Notes: generated by a model not told the origin, from the sequence alone. 59,949 nucleotides of DNA, filler included, from a bacterium (GCA_031551405.1; 2 parts of 2 records of this genome joined end to end with filler, not necessarily neighbours in it); one strand, 5' to 3'; counted from the first letter of the whole stretch, positions 9,540-20,885 are shown. Numbers and translations: made by a program.

Positions 9540-11897
9540 TTATTTTACTAAAACTTTATCAACGATCTCAGTAAAATTTGAAACGAGAATAATCTCGATT
9601 TTATCCAAAACCTCTTTCGGGATCTCTTTCAAATCTTTTTTGTTGATTTCCGGTATGAAGATTTTTTTAATGTGAGTTCTGTATGCCGCCAACGCTTTTT
9701 CCTTGAGCCCACCAATAGGCAAAATTCTGCCGCTTAGAGTGATTTCTCCTGTCATAGCGATATGGCTTTTTATTTTTCTTTTTGTAAAGGCTGAAAGCAT
9801 GGCTGTCGTCATCGTAATTCCGGCTGACGGACCATCTTTTGGGATCGCGCCTTCCGGAACGTGAATATGAATTTCTGCGTCTTCAAATGCTTTTTTCGGG
9901 ATCCCGAATTTCTCGTAATTAGCTCTGAGATAAGAAAGTCCGGTTTGCGCAGATTCTTTCATTACTTCGCCGAGCTTACCTGTCAATGTCAATGTCAAGC
10001 CGCCTTTGCTTGGCATTCGAGATACCTCGATATTGAGAATTTCGCCGCCAACTTCTGTCCATGCGAGTCCTGTCGCTATGCCGATTTCGTTGTTAGTAAA
10101 CGTTTCCAAATTATACTTCGGCACCCCTAAATATTCCTCGACTTTTGCTAAATCTATTTTTTCCGTTTGCGTTAGACCAAGTTCAGCTTTTTTACGAGCT
10201 ACTTTTCTGCAAACTGATGAAATTTCGCGCCTTAAATTTCTAACGCCCGTTTCCTCGGTGTACATTGTCGCGATCTTGTTGATGCTCTCGTCAGAAAACG
10301 AAATATCTTTTTTTACAAGTCCCATATTTTTTATTTCTTTTGGTATCAAATATTTTTTTGCAATTTGCATTTTCTCGAGGTTTGTATATCCGGAAAAATC
10401 GACGATTTCCATTCTGTCCAGGAGTGGACTTGGAATATTGTAGAGATTATTTGCCGTAGTGATAAACATAACGTCCGATAGATCAAATCCAACTTCGAGG
10501 TAATGATCGGAAAAAGAATTGTTTTGTTCTGAATCCAGCACTTCTAGAAGCGCTGACGATGGATCTCCTCTAAAATCACTGCCGAGTTTGTCTATTTCAT
10601 CGAGCAGAAAAACCGGATTTTTTGAGCCTGCTTTTTTGATTGATTGAATAATTCTGCCGGGCAATGCGCCAATATAAGTCCGTCTATGTCCTCTGATTTC
10701 TGCCTCGTCTCGCACTCCGCCCAGAGAAATTCTGACAAATTTTCGTGACATAGCTCTAGCAATCGAACTTGCGATACTCGTTTTCCCTACACCCGGAGGG
10801 CCGATGAAACAAAGAATAGGACCTTTTAATTTTTCATTTAATTTGCAAACAGCTAAATATTCGAGGATTCGTTCCTTGACTTTTTCGAGGCCGTAGTGAT
10901 CTTCGTCGAGAATTTTTTTTGCCTCAGCAATGTCGAGCTTATCCGGCGTTTTAATCGCCCAAGGAAGCGAAACGAGCCAATCCAAATAATTTCTAGTCAC
11001 ATTTGCCTCAGGAGAATATGGGCCCATTTTTTCTAATTTTTTCAGTTCAGTTATAGCCAGTTTTTCGGCTTCTTGGCTCATTTTTGCAGAAGCGATTTTA
11101 GCTCGGAAATCTTCAATTTCTTTGACGCCTTCGTCTTTTTTATTGAGCTCTTTTTGTATCACTTTTATCTGCTCTGTCAAATAATATTCTTTTTGAGCCT
11201 TTTCGATTTGGCCTCTAACTTTCCCGTGAATCTTGCGCTCTAAAGAAAGAATTTCGTTCTCTTGAACCAAAATTTTTTCGAGGAATTTAATTCGCTCTTT
11301 TTTGTCTTTGATTGACAGCAAGTCTTGTTTATCTCGAAGTTTTATGCTTAAGTACGATGAAATCGTATCTATTAATTCGTCTGCATCCTCTAAGTTCACG
11401 ATTATTTGGTTGATTTCAATTGGAATTTTACGGTTCATTTTGCAATAATCGTCGAATAAATCTATGATTGCGCGCATATTCGCTCTCATTTCGAGGGAAT
11501 TGTCTTTCTTGTTAATTATCGGATTAACTTCGACTTCGATATATTTTTTTAGATCAGAATAATCTGAAAAAGTTGCACGAGTCAAACCTTCAACTAAAAT
11601 TTTTAGCGATCCGTCAGGCATTTTGAATAATTGTAAAATTTTACAAATTACGCCGATTTCATAGAGATCTTTTTCTGCCGGATCTTCGAGCATATAATTT
11701 TTTTGCGCACAAATAAAAATCAATCGATTCTTCAGCATAGCTTCTTCGACGGCGATGATCGATTTTTCGCGTCCAACCGTAAGCGGAATTACCATTGAAG
11801 GAAAAAATACTACATCTCGAGTTGGAACCAAGGGAATTTTTTTTACGTCAAAGTTTTTATTGTTGTTTGCTAATTTTTTTGTGATAGGTCTTGCCAA
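9540..11897 (-). CDS. lon: ATP-dependent Lon protease
   Basis: LON N domain, DHYGLEKVKERILEYL, GPPGVGKTS, PKDGPSAG catalytic Ser. Start placed at TTG 11897 after GAGGAG; the ORF track extends to 11924. Confidence 0.97.
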   Translation of the reverse strand: MARPITKKLANNNKNFDVKKIPLVPTRDVVFFPSMVIPLTVGREKSIIAVEEAMLKNRLIFICAQKNYMLEDPAEKDLYEIGVICKILQLFKMPDGSLKILVEGLTRATFSDYSDLKKYIEVEVNPIINKKDNSLEMRANMRAIIDLFDDYCKMNRKIPIEINQIIVNLEDADELIDTISSYLSIKLRDKQDLLSIKDKKERIKFLEKILVQENEILSLERKIHGKVRGQIEKAQKEYYLTEQIKVIQKELNKKDEGVKEIEDFRAKIASAKMSQEAEKLAITELKKLEKMGPYSPEANVTRNYLDWLVSLPWAIKTPDKLDIAEAKKILDEDHYGLEKVKERILEYLAVCKLNEKLKGPILCFIGPPGVGKTSIASSIARAMSRKFVRISLGGVRDEAEIRGHRRTYIGALPGRIIQSIKKAGSKNPVFLLDEIDKLGSDFRGDPSSALLEVLDSEQNNSFSDHYLEVGFDLSDVMFITTANNLYNIPSPLLDRMEIVDFSGYTNLEKMQIAKKYLIPKEIKNMGLVKKDISFSDESINKIATMYTEETGVRNLRREISSVCRKVARKKAELGLTQTEKIDLAKVEEYLGVPKYNLETFTNNEIGIATGLAWTEVGGEILNIEVSRMPSKGGLTLTLTGKLGEVMKESAQTGLSYLRANYEKFGIPKKAFEDAEIHIHVPEGAIPKDGPSAGITMTTAMLSAFTKRKIKSHIAMTGEITLSGRILPIGGLKEKALAAYRTHIKKIFIPEINKKDLKEIPKEVLDKIEIILVSNFTEIVDKVLVK

Positions 11898-11898
11898 A

Positions 11899-13122
11899 TT
11901 AATTCTCCTCAATTTTTCTTTCAAAATTTTTTATGTCGTCAAGAGTCAAAATAATAGTTTCTTCAGAAGAATCCGGAAGAGAATACATTGTGTCGAGCAT
12001 GATGTTTTCGATTATTGCTCGTAAGCCTCGAGCTCCGGTCCCGCGCGTCATTGCTATTTTTGCGATTTCTTTTATTGCGTCGTCGCTAAATTCCAAATTT
12101 TTGCTCTCAAAATCAACCATTTTTTGGTATTGTTTTATTATTGCATTTTTTGGCTCCGTCAATATTCGAACAAAATCGTTTTCGTCTAGATCATCCAAAA
12201 TTGCCGTAATCGGCAATCTTCCGACGAATTCCGGGATTAATCCAAAATTGATCAAATCTTCAGGCTGACAATTTTTGAAAATAGTTTCTTTATCTTTTTT
12301 GTTTAAAGACGAGAAAATCTTTGCGCCAAAGCCAAGTCCTTGATTTTTGATACGAGATTCGATAATTTTTCCGAGTCCGTCGAAAGCTCCTCCGCAAATA
12401 AATAAAATATTTGTAGTATTTAGTTTTATATACTCCTGTTGTGGATGTTTCCTGCCGCCTTGAGGAGGAACATTTGCAATCGTTCCTTCCAAAATTTTTA
12501 ATAATGCCTGCTGAACACCTTCACCGGAAACGTCTCGTGTGATTGACGGATTGCCGGTTTTTCTGGCGATTTTGTCGATTTCGTCGATGTAAACTATGCC
12601 AATCTCAGCTTTTTTAACATCAAAATTCGAGTTATGGAGCAGCCTGAGTAAAATATTTTCAACGTCTTCTCCGACGTACCCAGCCTCGGTTAAACTTGTA
12701 GCGTCTGCGATTGCAAACGGCACTTTTAGCATTTTTGCCAAAGTTTGAGCCAGGAGAGTTTTACCGGTTCCGGTTTTTCCGATGAATAAAATGTTCGATT
12801 TTTCAATTTCTACGTCTTTTGTTTTGTTTTCATTATATTTTATGCGTTTGTAGTGGTTATGAACTGCGACGGACAAAACTTTTTTCGCTTGATTTTGTCC
12901 AACAACAAATTGGTCTAAAAATGCGTGAATATCTCGAGGTTTTGGGATTTCCGGGATCAAGTCTTCGACAGGCTCTGGGTTTTCCGTGGCATTAGCTTCT
13001 TGTTTGATCAGGATATTATAAGCGACTGTAAGACAGTCTTGGCACAGAAAACTAGTTCCATTGCCAATGAATCTTTTTAGCTCTTTTTCAGTTTTTCCGC
13101 AAAAAATACATTTTTTTTCCAT
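11899..13122 (-). CDS. clpX: ATP-dependent Clp protease ATP-binding subunit ClpX
   Basis: N-terminal C4 zinc finger, [40 protein letters not shown] loop. Confidence 0.98.
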   Translation of the reverse strand: MEKKCIFCGKTEKELKRFIGNGTSFLCQDCLTVAYNILIKQEANATENPEPVEDLIPEIPKPRDIHAFLDQFVVGQNQAKKVLSVAVHNHYKRIKYNENKTKDVEIEKSNILFIGKTGTGKTLLAQTLAKMLKVPFAIADATSLTEAGYVGEDVENILLRLLHNSNFDVKKAEIGIVYIDEIDKIARKTGNPSITRDVSGEGVQQALLKILEGTIANVPPQGGRKHPQQEYIKLNTTNILFICGGAFDGLGKIIESRIKNQGLGFGAKIFSSLNKKDKETIFKNCQPEDLINFGLIPEFVGRLPITAILDDLDENDFVRILTEPKNAIIKQYQKMVDFESKNLEFSDDAIKEIAKIAMTRGTGARGLRAIIENIMLDTMYSLPDSSEETIILTLDDIKNFERKIEEN

Positions 13123-13312
13123 TGTAAATTCCTTTTAAAAATATAAAAAAGCGATTTAAATCGAGTTTTTTTAAAGTGAAAGCGTAATTTTGATTAAATT
13201 GAGACGGCGGAATAAGCAAATTTTTCGAAGGATTTTGAACCCTGTTTTTAAAAGTTTATCGAATTGAAGAAGCGATGAAGAGAAATCACCGCAAAACAGA
13301 AGGTCAGTGCTG

Positions 13313-13894
13313 TTATTTTTTTTCGATTACATTGTCGACTAAACCATAATTTTTTGCGTCCATTGCTGATAAAAAATTATCGCGTTCAGTGTCTACATAA
13401 ATTTTCTCGATAGTTTGGCCAGTGTGTTTTGCTAAAATTTCGTTAAGGTTTTTACGAATTTTCAAAATTTCTTTTGTGTGAATTTCGATATCAGTTGCTT
13501 GTCCTTGGATGCCGCCGAGAGGCTGATGGATCATTACTCTAGAATTTGGCAATGAGAAACGTTTTCCTTTCGCCCCACTCGCTAAAATCACTGCAGCCAT
13601 ACTTGCGGCTTGACCAACGCAAATCGTCGAAACGTTTGGTTTTATGTATTGGATCGTATCGTAAATCGCAAGTCCTGCCGTTACGACGCCCCCCGGAGAA
13701 TTGATGTACAAATAAATGTCCTTGTCCGGATCCTCGGCTTCCAAAAATAACAATTGCGCTACAATCAAATTGGAAATGTCGTCGTTAATTGCAGTACCTA
13801 AAAATATTATTCTATCCTTCAGTAGTCTCGAATATATGTCGTACGTTCTTTCTCCGTGTCTCGACTGGTCAACAACCATTGGGATTACTGTCAT
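13313..13894 (-). CDS. clpP: ATP-dependent Clp protease proteolytic subunit
   Basis: Motifs [33 protein letters not shown]. Confidence 0.98.
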   Translation of the reverse strand: MTVIPMVVDQSRHGERTYDIYSRLLKDRIIFLGTAINDDISNLIVAQLLFLEAEDPDKDIYLYINSPGGVVTAGLAIYDTIQYIKPNVSTICVGQAASMAAVILASGAKGKRFSLPNSRVMIHQPLGGIQGQATDIEIHTKEILKIRKNLNEILAKHTGQTIEKIYVDTERDNFLSAMDAKNYGLVDNVIEKK

Positions 13895-13910
13895 TTCGCC
13901 TCCTTCGTTT

Positions 13911-15185
13911 TTATTGTTTTTTTGCGTTGTCTAATAAAAACTGAAACAATTTTTCTTGAGTAATGTCATTCATTCTGTTTTCCTTGTCTTTTTGGTAATA
14001 TTCCCTCAAAACTTTTTCTTGCGATTTATTCTGTTCAATTTTTTCGTTAAGCTTCTTCTCGAAATCTTCTTCTGTGGCTCTCAAATTTTCTTTTTCTATT
14101 ATCGCGTTCAAAATATAGTAAGCTTTTATTTTATTTTCAGCCTCTTGCCTAAAAGCTTCTTTGTCATAACTAGGCATTTTGATTTTGTAATTTTTGTAGA
14201 ATGCTTTTGTTCTTTCAAGTAAATGATCCATTTCGCGCTCAACCATTGTTTTTGGAATTTCGATTGGATTTTTTTCGATTATTGAATTTATTATTGAGTA
14301 TTCGATTGCGCGATTTTTTTCGTTTTCTTTTTGTTTTGTCAAAGAATTCTTTATTTCATTTTTGAAACTTTTTACATTGTCTTGTTTGAAAAAATTTTGT
14401 ACTAATTCGTCGTTTAATTCAGGTAAAACTTTTTTTTCAATCTTTTTTATTTTCACGTCAAAAACAACGTCTTTCCCGGCCAAATCAGCTGCATGATAAT
14501 CGTTAGGGAATTTTAGGTCGAGCTTTTTTTCTTCGCCAGTTTTCATGCCGAACAAACCCTCAATGAATCCATCGATAAATTTATCGTTTTTTATTGAGAT
14601 CAAATGATCGTTTGCAGAGCCGCCGTTAAAAGCTACTCCGTCTAGCGTTCCTATAAAATCGACAGTAACAAAACTATTCTCGCCGACTGCAGCATTTTCG
14701 TCGAGCTCGAAAGAGGATTGTTTATCAAGCAATTTTGCGATATATTCTTCGACTTCTTGCTCGCCTACATCAGTACTTTTTTCTTCTTTCAACGGTATAT
14801 TTTTATAGTCTTTGACTTCGAAAACGGGCGCAACTTCTATCAAAATTTTCATCTGTAAATCGCCATTTTCCGCAAATTTTAGGTCTTGGACTGCGGGTTC
14901 AGAAACAGGAGCAATTTTTTCATCTTCTAGAAGAGTGTTAAATGTTTCCGAAACGATTTCTTCTAGCATTTCATGTTCTGTAGTAGCGGTGAATTTCGTT
15001 TTTATCAAATCCAGAGGAGCTTTTCCCTTTCTGAAACCGTCGAGAGTTGCTTCATTTTGGATTTGTTTAAAGATTTTTTCTCGTGATTCATCTAATTTTG
15101 TTTTTTCTACCTCTACGTTGAATATGATTTCACAAGGTTTTTGCTCACTATTAATGATATTTAATCCGTTCATTTTGTGCTCCAA
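13911..15185 (-). CDS. tig: Trigger factor
   Basis: GFRKGKAP ribosome-binding motif, FKBP domain ([13 protein letters not shown]), upstream of clpPX. Confidence 0.95.
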   Translation of the reverse strand: MEHKMNGLNIINSEQKPCEIIFNVEVEKTKLDESREKIFKQIQNEATLDGFRKGKAPLDLIKTKFTATTEHEMLEEIVSETFNTLLEDEKIAPVSEPAVQDLKFAENGDLQMKILIEVAPVFEVKDYKNIPLKEEKSTDVGEQEVEEYIAKLLDKQSSFELDENAAVGENSFVTVDFIGTLDGVAFNGGSANDHLISIKNDKFIDGFIEGLFGMKTGEEKKLDLKFPNDYHAADLAGKDVVFDVKIKKIEKKVLPELNDELVQNFFKQDNVKSFKNEIKNSLTKQKENEKNRAIEYSIINSIIEKNPIEIPKTMVEREMDHLLERTKAFYKNYKIKMPSYDKEAFRQEAENKIKAYYILNAIIEKENLRATEEDFEKKLNEKIEQNKSQEKVLREYYQKDKENRMNDITQEKLFQFLLDNAKKQ

Positions 15186-15387
15186 ATTTTAAGGTTTATT
15201 TTCGTGTTTGTTCGACGATAAATACGTAGGCAAAATTAATTTTGCTATTATAATTTAATTTTTTTTAAAAATCTAGATATAAAATTTTTTTTAGAAATCT
15301 TGATTTTTGTGAGTCAATCTTGATTTAAAAACTTGCTTTTTTCATGAAAATAGCGATAATTTGCAAAAAAGTTTTTTGGAGGAATTT

Positions 15388-15876
15388 ATGCAATCGATTC
15401 TTAATTTTTTTATAACTTTACATTTGCCAAACGAGGCGATTACATTATTGTTGTCAATGCTTCCGGTCTCAGAGGTAAGAGGCGCTTTGCCTATAGCCAT
15501 GACACTTTTCAAAATGAGCTGGATAAAAGCTTATCTCCTCAGCGTACTCGGAAATATCAGCATTATTCTGCCATTTATTTGGTTTTTGGAAAAATTTTCG
15601 CATTATTTGATGAGGTTTAAGGTTTTTAAGAGATTTTTCGATTGGTGGTTCGCTAAAGCCAAAAAAAACGAGGCTTTGATTCAAAAATACGAGGTGTTAG
15701 GGCTTGGGATTTTTGTTGCAATTCCTCTGCCGATGACCGGAGCTTGGACTGGTTGCGTAATTGCGTATCTTTTCGGATTGAAAAAATGGCAGTCATTTCT
15801 ATCGATAGCAGCAGGAGTAGTGGTCGCTGGAGTGATCGTTTTGGCGATTACTTTGGGAGGAATGGCAGTAATTTAA
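15388..15876 (+). CDS. Small multidrug export family membrane protein (COG2426-like)
   Basis: Motifs SMLPVSEVRGALP and FVAIPLPMTGAWTG; ATG at 15388 follows GGAGGA. Confidence 0.85.
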   Translation: MQSILNFFITLHLPNEAITLLLSMLPVSEVRGALPIAMTLFKMSWIKAYLLSVLGNISIILPFIWFLEKFSHYLMRFKVFKRFFDWWFAKAKKNEALIQKYEVLGLGIFVAIPLPMTGAWTGCVIAYLFGLKKWQSFLSIAAGVVVAGVIVLAITLGGMAVI

Positions 15877-16027
15877 AATTATCTTTGAATAAGCAGGGAA
15901 TTTGAACGTTTAAAAAATTTTGAAATTCACAGATTTGCTGAGACAATATTTTTCAAAAGTTGCTTGCTATTAACAAATTACCTTCTTAATTATTATCATC
16001 ATTATTATCATCGTCTTTAAAAAAATA

Positions 16028-16046
16028 TTTTGCCATTATTTTGCCA
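16028..16046. repeat. Left boundary direct repeat TTTTGCCATTATTTTGCCA
   Basis: 17/19 identical to 22694-22712 in the same orientation; internally a tandem repeat with an 11-nt period. Confidence 0.55.
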
Positions 16047-16068
16047 GTTTTAGGTTGTATTTGGGAAA

Positions 16069-16272
16069 CTATTTCTTTTTCCTTCCGACCAACTCGTCTA
16101 TCGAAATCTCAAAAGCTTCGGCGATTTTTGTGACGGTTTGAATTGTTGGATGCGTTGCCGCGCCTTGCTCTATTTTTGTAATCGCATTGTAAGATAACTG
16201 TGTTTTTTCTGCCAATTTCTGTTGCGACCAATTCTTCTTTTTTCTCAACTCTTTTATTTTTTTAGCTAACAT
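16069..16272 (-). CDS. XRE-family helix-turn-helix transcriptional regulator
   Basis: Classic HTH_3 pattern IKELRKKKNWSQQKLAE...ITKIEQG...PTIQTVTKIAEAFEISIDEL. Confidence 0.93.
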   Translation of the reverse strand: MLAKKIKELRKKKNWSQQKLAEKTQLSYNAITKIEQGAATHPTIQTVTKIAEAFEISIDELVGRKKK

Positions 16273-16308
16273 TTTTTTGCCCCTTCTAGCTTTTACTTTT
16301 TTATGAAT

Positions 16309-18888
16309 TTAATTCTCTGGTTCTTTGTCATCAATATTTTGTTCTTTTATTTTTTGCCTAACCAATAAGTCCTGTATCGTAAACTCTTTATCGCTTTTTA
16401 CTTGATCTCGCCCTGCATTTTTTGCTGCATATAACTGATCATCTGCCGCCTCTATCAATTTATCTCGCAAATTTTTTATTTCTCTATTGCTTCGCTCTTC
16501 GCTTGAAGCACTATCTTTCAAAGTCGCAACTCCAATACTGATCGTAACTCCTCTCCTATGTCTGTTTTTAAAATCTAAAAATATTGGATCTTCTTTGACT
16601 TTCAAATTTATTCGTTCCGCCAAGTATCGAGCATCATTAGCCTTTGTGTTTGGCAAAATAATGACTATTTCTTCTCCGCCATACCTAAATACTTCGTCGT
16701 TTTCTCTTACGAATTTCTTTAAAAATGCGCCCATTGCTTTCAAAACTTCATCAGCTTTGAGATGCCCGAGATCAGTGTTGAATTTTTTAAAAAAATCTAT
16801 GTCTATCATAAGAACGCTTATCGCCTCGCCGCTAGTCGTCGCAAAAACTATTTCTTCAGACAAACGTCTCATCAAAAAGCCTTTGTTATAAATTCCCATC
16901 AAACTATCTTTCAATGCTTTGTCTCGCAGAGTAATCGAATTGATAATAAGAGGAGCTACTCTTAACAAAAGACCCAAGAGTTTGATTTCTTCACCTGTAT
17001 ATTCTTGACCGTCTTCTTTCTCGCCAACAACTATAAATCCTAAAAAAGTAGAATGAAATAATGCCCCTACTAATTTGCCTTGCATTTCGCTCAAAAGCTT
17101 CGCCGTGCCAACTAAATCTTTTGACCGCGTTTTTTCCGCCCAGCCTGCAATCTCTTCGGTCCTCAAAACTTCCTTCATCTCTTTTAAATACGAAACTATC
17201 GCAGAATTTTCTTTTATTGTTTTATATATTGGGCCGAGGTTAGGATAATTAACGTCTTTTTTAGAATGACGCCTTTCCTTTTCATCCGTTAGAACTTTAC
17301 TTTCTTGATATTCGTATTGTTCCGTCTCCTCGTTATAAAGATAAATAGTAATAGCTTTTGCTTTTATTGAGTTAAAAAGCAATTTATCTGTAGCTCCGCA
17401 AAATTCCGCCAAAGTTCTTGCTCGTCCTAAATTTTGGATCGAATCCATCATATTGTTTGTATATTTATTTTTAAAAAATTTGATAAATTTTTCTGCGTAT
17501 TTTTGAGACATAGTCTCTAACATTTTCACGTTAATAATTTCAAATTGCGTTTTTTTGATAATATCGTCTAAATATTTCAAATCCTGCTTATGATAAAGAC
17601 TGTTATCAAGTTTTTTGCCATAACAAACTACGCAAATCATCTCGCCATTAAAAAAAATTGGGAAATAAACTTCGTATTCTAATTGATTTAAAATTTCGAT
17701 AAATTCCGAGTCTTGCTTTAAGGAAATAATGTCTTCTTTATATAGCTTTTTTTTAGTCTCTTTCAAATGTTTTACAACTAGGTTTTCCAAATCTAAAGTC
17801 TGGACACTAGATGTTTCGTTATTTGTTAAAAATAATTTATAAAAATCTCCAGCGTCGCTTAGCATATAACAAGAACTATGCGTTAAATTTAAAGCATCCG
17901 CAACCTGATTAACCACAATTTTTATGATATCTTTGAGGTCATAAGACTGAATATTATTTTTGCTTATGTTGTCCAGCTCAGTCCAAATATTTTTTTGTTT
18001 TCTTAAGAAAAAAGATTCTATTTTAGTAAGTAACCAATCTCTAGTAAAAAATATATAAAAACAAGAGAAAATAGAAAAATATATGCAGGGGTAGTTTGTA
18101 CATTTTTGTAGAAAAAAGAAGGTTGCTGTAAAAACGATACCATTCATTGCAACGTACCCGATGTATTTTGCAAAATATTTCCAAGCTAAGTTGATGTCCA
18201 TAAGATTATATTTGATTATGGCATATGAAACTGTAAAAATATAAATAGGCGTTAAATATATTCCTAGCGGAGCAATCTTGATATTAAAAACTGGGAAAAA
18301 AGCCGTGGATCCGCCAGCAAATCCAATAGCACAGCCCAACAGCAAATATCTTATTTGATTTTTCTCTTGCGAAATATATTTATTAGAATTCATTGCTCTA
18401 AAAAGTAAAAATAAACTATATACAAATGTGTATGTAAAAAAAAGTGTGTAAATATAATAAATTATACCAGAGCTTGGGTAATATAAATTTGCAAACATAA
18501 TTTCAACATCGGGGATAAAATACTCTGGAAATATTAGAGATAACGCTAAAATTGCAAAGGCAACAAAATAATAAAAATGAATTTCTTTTTTTTTAGTTTC
18601 AAAAATTTTTAGTAAGCAGCAAACAAAATTAAAAAAAAGTACAGGAATAAAAATAGCGCTTAAATTCAAAAATCGTCCCCAAAAAAGCGCATTATCTCTA
18701 GTTAGTGAGCTAAATAAAAAATATAGTCCAATTCCCCAAAGGCTCACAGCCAAATTAAATAGAATCCACTTAAAAGATAATTTTTTACTTGAATTTCTAT
18801 TGTATAAAAAAGTCAAAAAACTATTTAAGATGCTTGAAACCGCGATAACAAAACCACCTAAAGATAAATAATTTAAAGAAAAATGCAT
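16309..18888 (-). CDS. Membrane sensor diguanylate cyclase (7TM/HisKA_7TM-like sensor + two GAF-like regions + GGDEF)
   Basis: Multi-TM N-terminus ending YAIIKYNLMDI; DSLMGIYN, MIDIDFFKKFN..GHLKAD, I-site RxxD (REND), active site RYGGEEI. Confidence 0.9.
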   Translation of the reverse strand: MHFSLNYLSLGGFVIAVSSILNSFLTFLYNRNSSKKLSFKWILFNLAVSLWGIGLYFLFSSLTRDNALFWGRFLNLSAIFIPVLFFNFVCCLLKIFETKKKEIHFYYFVAFAILALSLIFPEYFIPDVEIMFANLYYPSSGIIYYIYTLFFTYTFVYSLFLLFRAMNSNKYISQEKNQIRYLLLGCAIGFAGGSTAFFPVFNIKIAPLGIYLTPIYIFTVSYAIIKYNLMDINLAWKYFAKYIGYVAMNGIVFTATFFFLQKCTNYPCIYFSIFSCFYIFFTRDWLLTKIESFFLRKQKNIWTELDNISKNNIQSYDLKDIIKIVVNQVADALNLTHSSCYMLSDAGDFYKLFLTNNETSSVQTLDLENLVVKHLKETKKKLYKEDIISLKQDSEFIEILNQLEYEVYFPIFFNGEMICVVCYGKKLDNSLYHKQDLKYLDDIIKKTQFEIINVKMLETMSQKYAEKFIKFFKNKYTNNMMDSIQNLGRARTLAEFCGATDKLLFNSIKAKAITIYLYNEETEQYEYQESKVLTDEKERRHSKKDVNYPNLGPIYKTIKENSAIVSYLKEMKEVLRTEEIAGWAEKTRSKDLVGTAKLLSEMQGKLVGALFHSTFLGFIVVGEKEDGQEYTGEEIKLLGLLLRVAPLIINSITLRDKALKDSLMGIYNKGFLMRRLSEEIVFATTSGEAISVLMIDIDFFKKFNTDLGHLKADEVLKAMGAFLKKFVRENDEVFRYGGEEIVIILPNTKANDARYLAERINLKVKEDPIFLDFKNRHRRGVTISIGVATLKDSASSEERSNREIKNLRDKLIEAADDQLYAAKNAGRDQVKSDKEFTIQDLLVRQKIKEQNIDDKEPEN

Positions 18889-18960
18889 ACAGAAACCTCT
18901 TTGCCTTTTTTTAAGCGCTCGTCATTGCGAACGAATTGAAAAAACTCATTTCTTTTCTCT

Positions 18961-19038
18961 GTCATTCCTGCGAAAGCAGGAATCTGAAACATTTGTTGTT
19001 AAAGCTTTCGTGCTAGATTTCTGCTCCCGCAGGAATGA
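18961..19038. repeat. REP-like palindromic element (GTCATTCCTGCGAAAGCAGGAATC ... inverted copy)
   Basis: Hairpin ATTCCTGC-GAAA-GCAGGAAT at 18961-18984 and an imperfect inverted copy at 19015-19038. Confidence 0.75.
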
Positions 19039-19076
19039 TGGAATTTTTTAACGAAATGATACAAAAATAAAATAAA

Positions 19077-20861
19077 TTATTGTTTCTCTATATTCAAAAA
19101 TAAAACGCCTTTTCTTTCAACAAAAACATCTTTTATATTTGGCAAATTACTTGCTAAAGCTTTCAAATCCTCTTCGCTTCTATAAAACAAAAACCATTCT
19201 CCACCTAATTCCATATACTTTATTAAATTACTTCCTTTTGAATAATTTCCAATTATAAATAAACCATTTTCGTCTATTTTTTCAAATAATACTTTCATTA
19301 GTCTTTTACAACTATTTTCAGTCAAATATTCAAACAAACCCGAGCTATAAATAAAATGTTGATTCTTTTCTATTCTGTCTCTAACATCCGCTTTTTTTAT
19401 AACTTCATACACTGATTCATTTAAAAATTTAAAATTAGTTTTTCTTTTATATTTCTTTTTTAAACTTTCTAGTTTACCTTTTGAATATTCTAATGCTTCG
19501 CTAGAAATGTCTAAAAGCGTAAAATCGCAATAATCCGCTAAATCATCTTTCATAAATTCTTGAATTTCAATACAAGGACCACTTGCGATACTGGTAATTT
19601 TTATTCTTTTATTTTCTGATCCTTTATTTCCCAAAACTATTTTTTTTATTTTATCTAATAAATATGGAATTCTATCTCTATTTGCTGTTGATAGTTCTAT
19701 GTATAAAGTGTATTTATCCATAACTTTAGCAAACAAACTTTCTCCTTGAGGAACGTTTTTATAAATCATGTTCATCATTTCATAATCGCCCGCATACCCC
19801 AAAGGTTTGTAAAAAACACGATTTATAAAAGGAGATAAAAGCAAAAAGCCATGTAATGCATTTTGAAAATATTTTAGATATTTTATATAGTTTTCGTCTT
19901 TTACATCCAAATGTTTAACAGAATCATCAAGGTTTTGTAAATGAGTATCCATCTTTCCAAAAAATTCTTTTTCTAAAGAATCCAACATTTCGTTTGTAAA
20001 TTTTTCTTTTATTTTTGGTTCTTCTTCTTTTATGTTTTCTTCAAAATCATCCAATATTTTTTTTAGATTTGTAAGCTCTGATGCAAGTTCCTTGACTTCG
20101 TCTTTAAATTCCTTCGGCAAAATCTCGCCAATCACTAATGTCTCTTTTATTTTTGTAATAGTAGAATCGATTTTATTTTCATTTTTTCTAGCCAAAACTT
20201 CATCAACTGGAATGAATCCTTCTTTTACATAAATTCTGACTTCAAAATCATTATTTTTTTGGCGAATATCAGTAATAACCACGTCGCCTTGGAATATGCT
20301 TTTATCATCGATTGTTATGTTGAAATTTTTTAAGGTTTCGCTTTTTTGAAGTGTAAAATGAGGGTTTTTAATAAGAAGTAATGCGCCATACTTCGAAAAA
20401 TTCAAAAGTTGCGCTCGTTGGATTTCGTCGTCGATTGTAAAAGATATTTTTGTTTTAAGATTATTTATCGACTCAATACTAAAACGTTTTGCTCTTTTTT
20501 TGAAAACATTTTCTTGCGACAGAAATTCGAGTCCGATTTTATATTTTTTTTGTCTATTGCTTTCATAATCTTTTAGATAAACAACTTTGCTAATTTCGAT
20601 TATGCTTTCATATTCGTTATTGAAAATTTTTATGTTTTTTAAAATCGTATCTTTTTCAAAAAATCCTTCATTTTCCATCATATAAAACGAAAGTCCTCTT
20701 TCGCTTATTTCTTCAATTTTTTTGATCAATTTACAATTTTTTGGAAAATTTAGATTGATTTCAATGCTCAAAGTTTCGTCGCTAATTCTCTTTAATAAAC
20801 GTTTGTCAGGAGTTGTTAATATGCGGGAAAAATCTCTCTTTTCGTTAAATTTATTTGCCAT
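19077..20861 (-). CDS. Tandem PilZ-like domains fused to a class I SAM-dependent methyltransferase (PhcB-like)
   Basis: PilZ-like motifs RDFSR...EISERG and KRAKR...NFSKYG. C-terminal KPLGYAGDYEMM, SIASGP (motif I), LLDIS, YSSGLFEYL, WFLFYRS. Confidence 0.75.
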   Translation of the reverse strand: MANKFNEKRDFSRILTTPDKRLLKRISDETLSIEINLNFPKNCKLIKKIEEISERGLSFYMMENEGFFEKDTILKNIKIFNNEYESIIEISKVVYLKDYESNRQKKYKIGLEFLSQENVFKKRAKRFSIESINNLKTKISFTIDDEIQRAQLLNFSKYGALLLIKNPHFTLQKSETLKNFNITIDDKSIFQGDVVITDIRQKNNDFEVRIYVKEGFIPVDEVLARKNENKIDSTITKIKETLVIGEILPKEFKDEVKELASELTNLKKILDDFEENIKEEEPKIKEKFTNEMLDSLEKEFFGKMDTHLQNLDDSVKHLDVKDENYIKYLKYFQNALHGFLLLSPFINRVFYKPLGYAGDYEMMNMIYKNVPQGESLFAKVMDKYTLYIELSTANRDRIPYLLDKIKKIVLGNKGSENKRIKITSIASGPCIEIQEFMKDDLADYCDFTLLDISSEALEYSKGKLESLKKKYKRKTNFKFLNESVYEVIKKADVRDRIEKNQHFIYSSGLFEYLTENSCKRLMKVLFEKIDENGLFIIGNYSKGSNLIKYMELGGEWFLFYRSEEDLKALASNLPNIKDVFVERKGVLFLNIEKQ

Positions 20862-20885
20862 ATAAATACCCCACTATATATTTTT

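Noticed and set aside
15890-15910. AGCAGGGAATTTGAACG as a duplicated tRNA 3' end (att site) for the island
   Set aside because: Only a weak resemblance to a tRNA T-arm; it does not match the tRNA-Asp 3' sequence.
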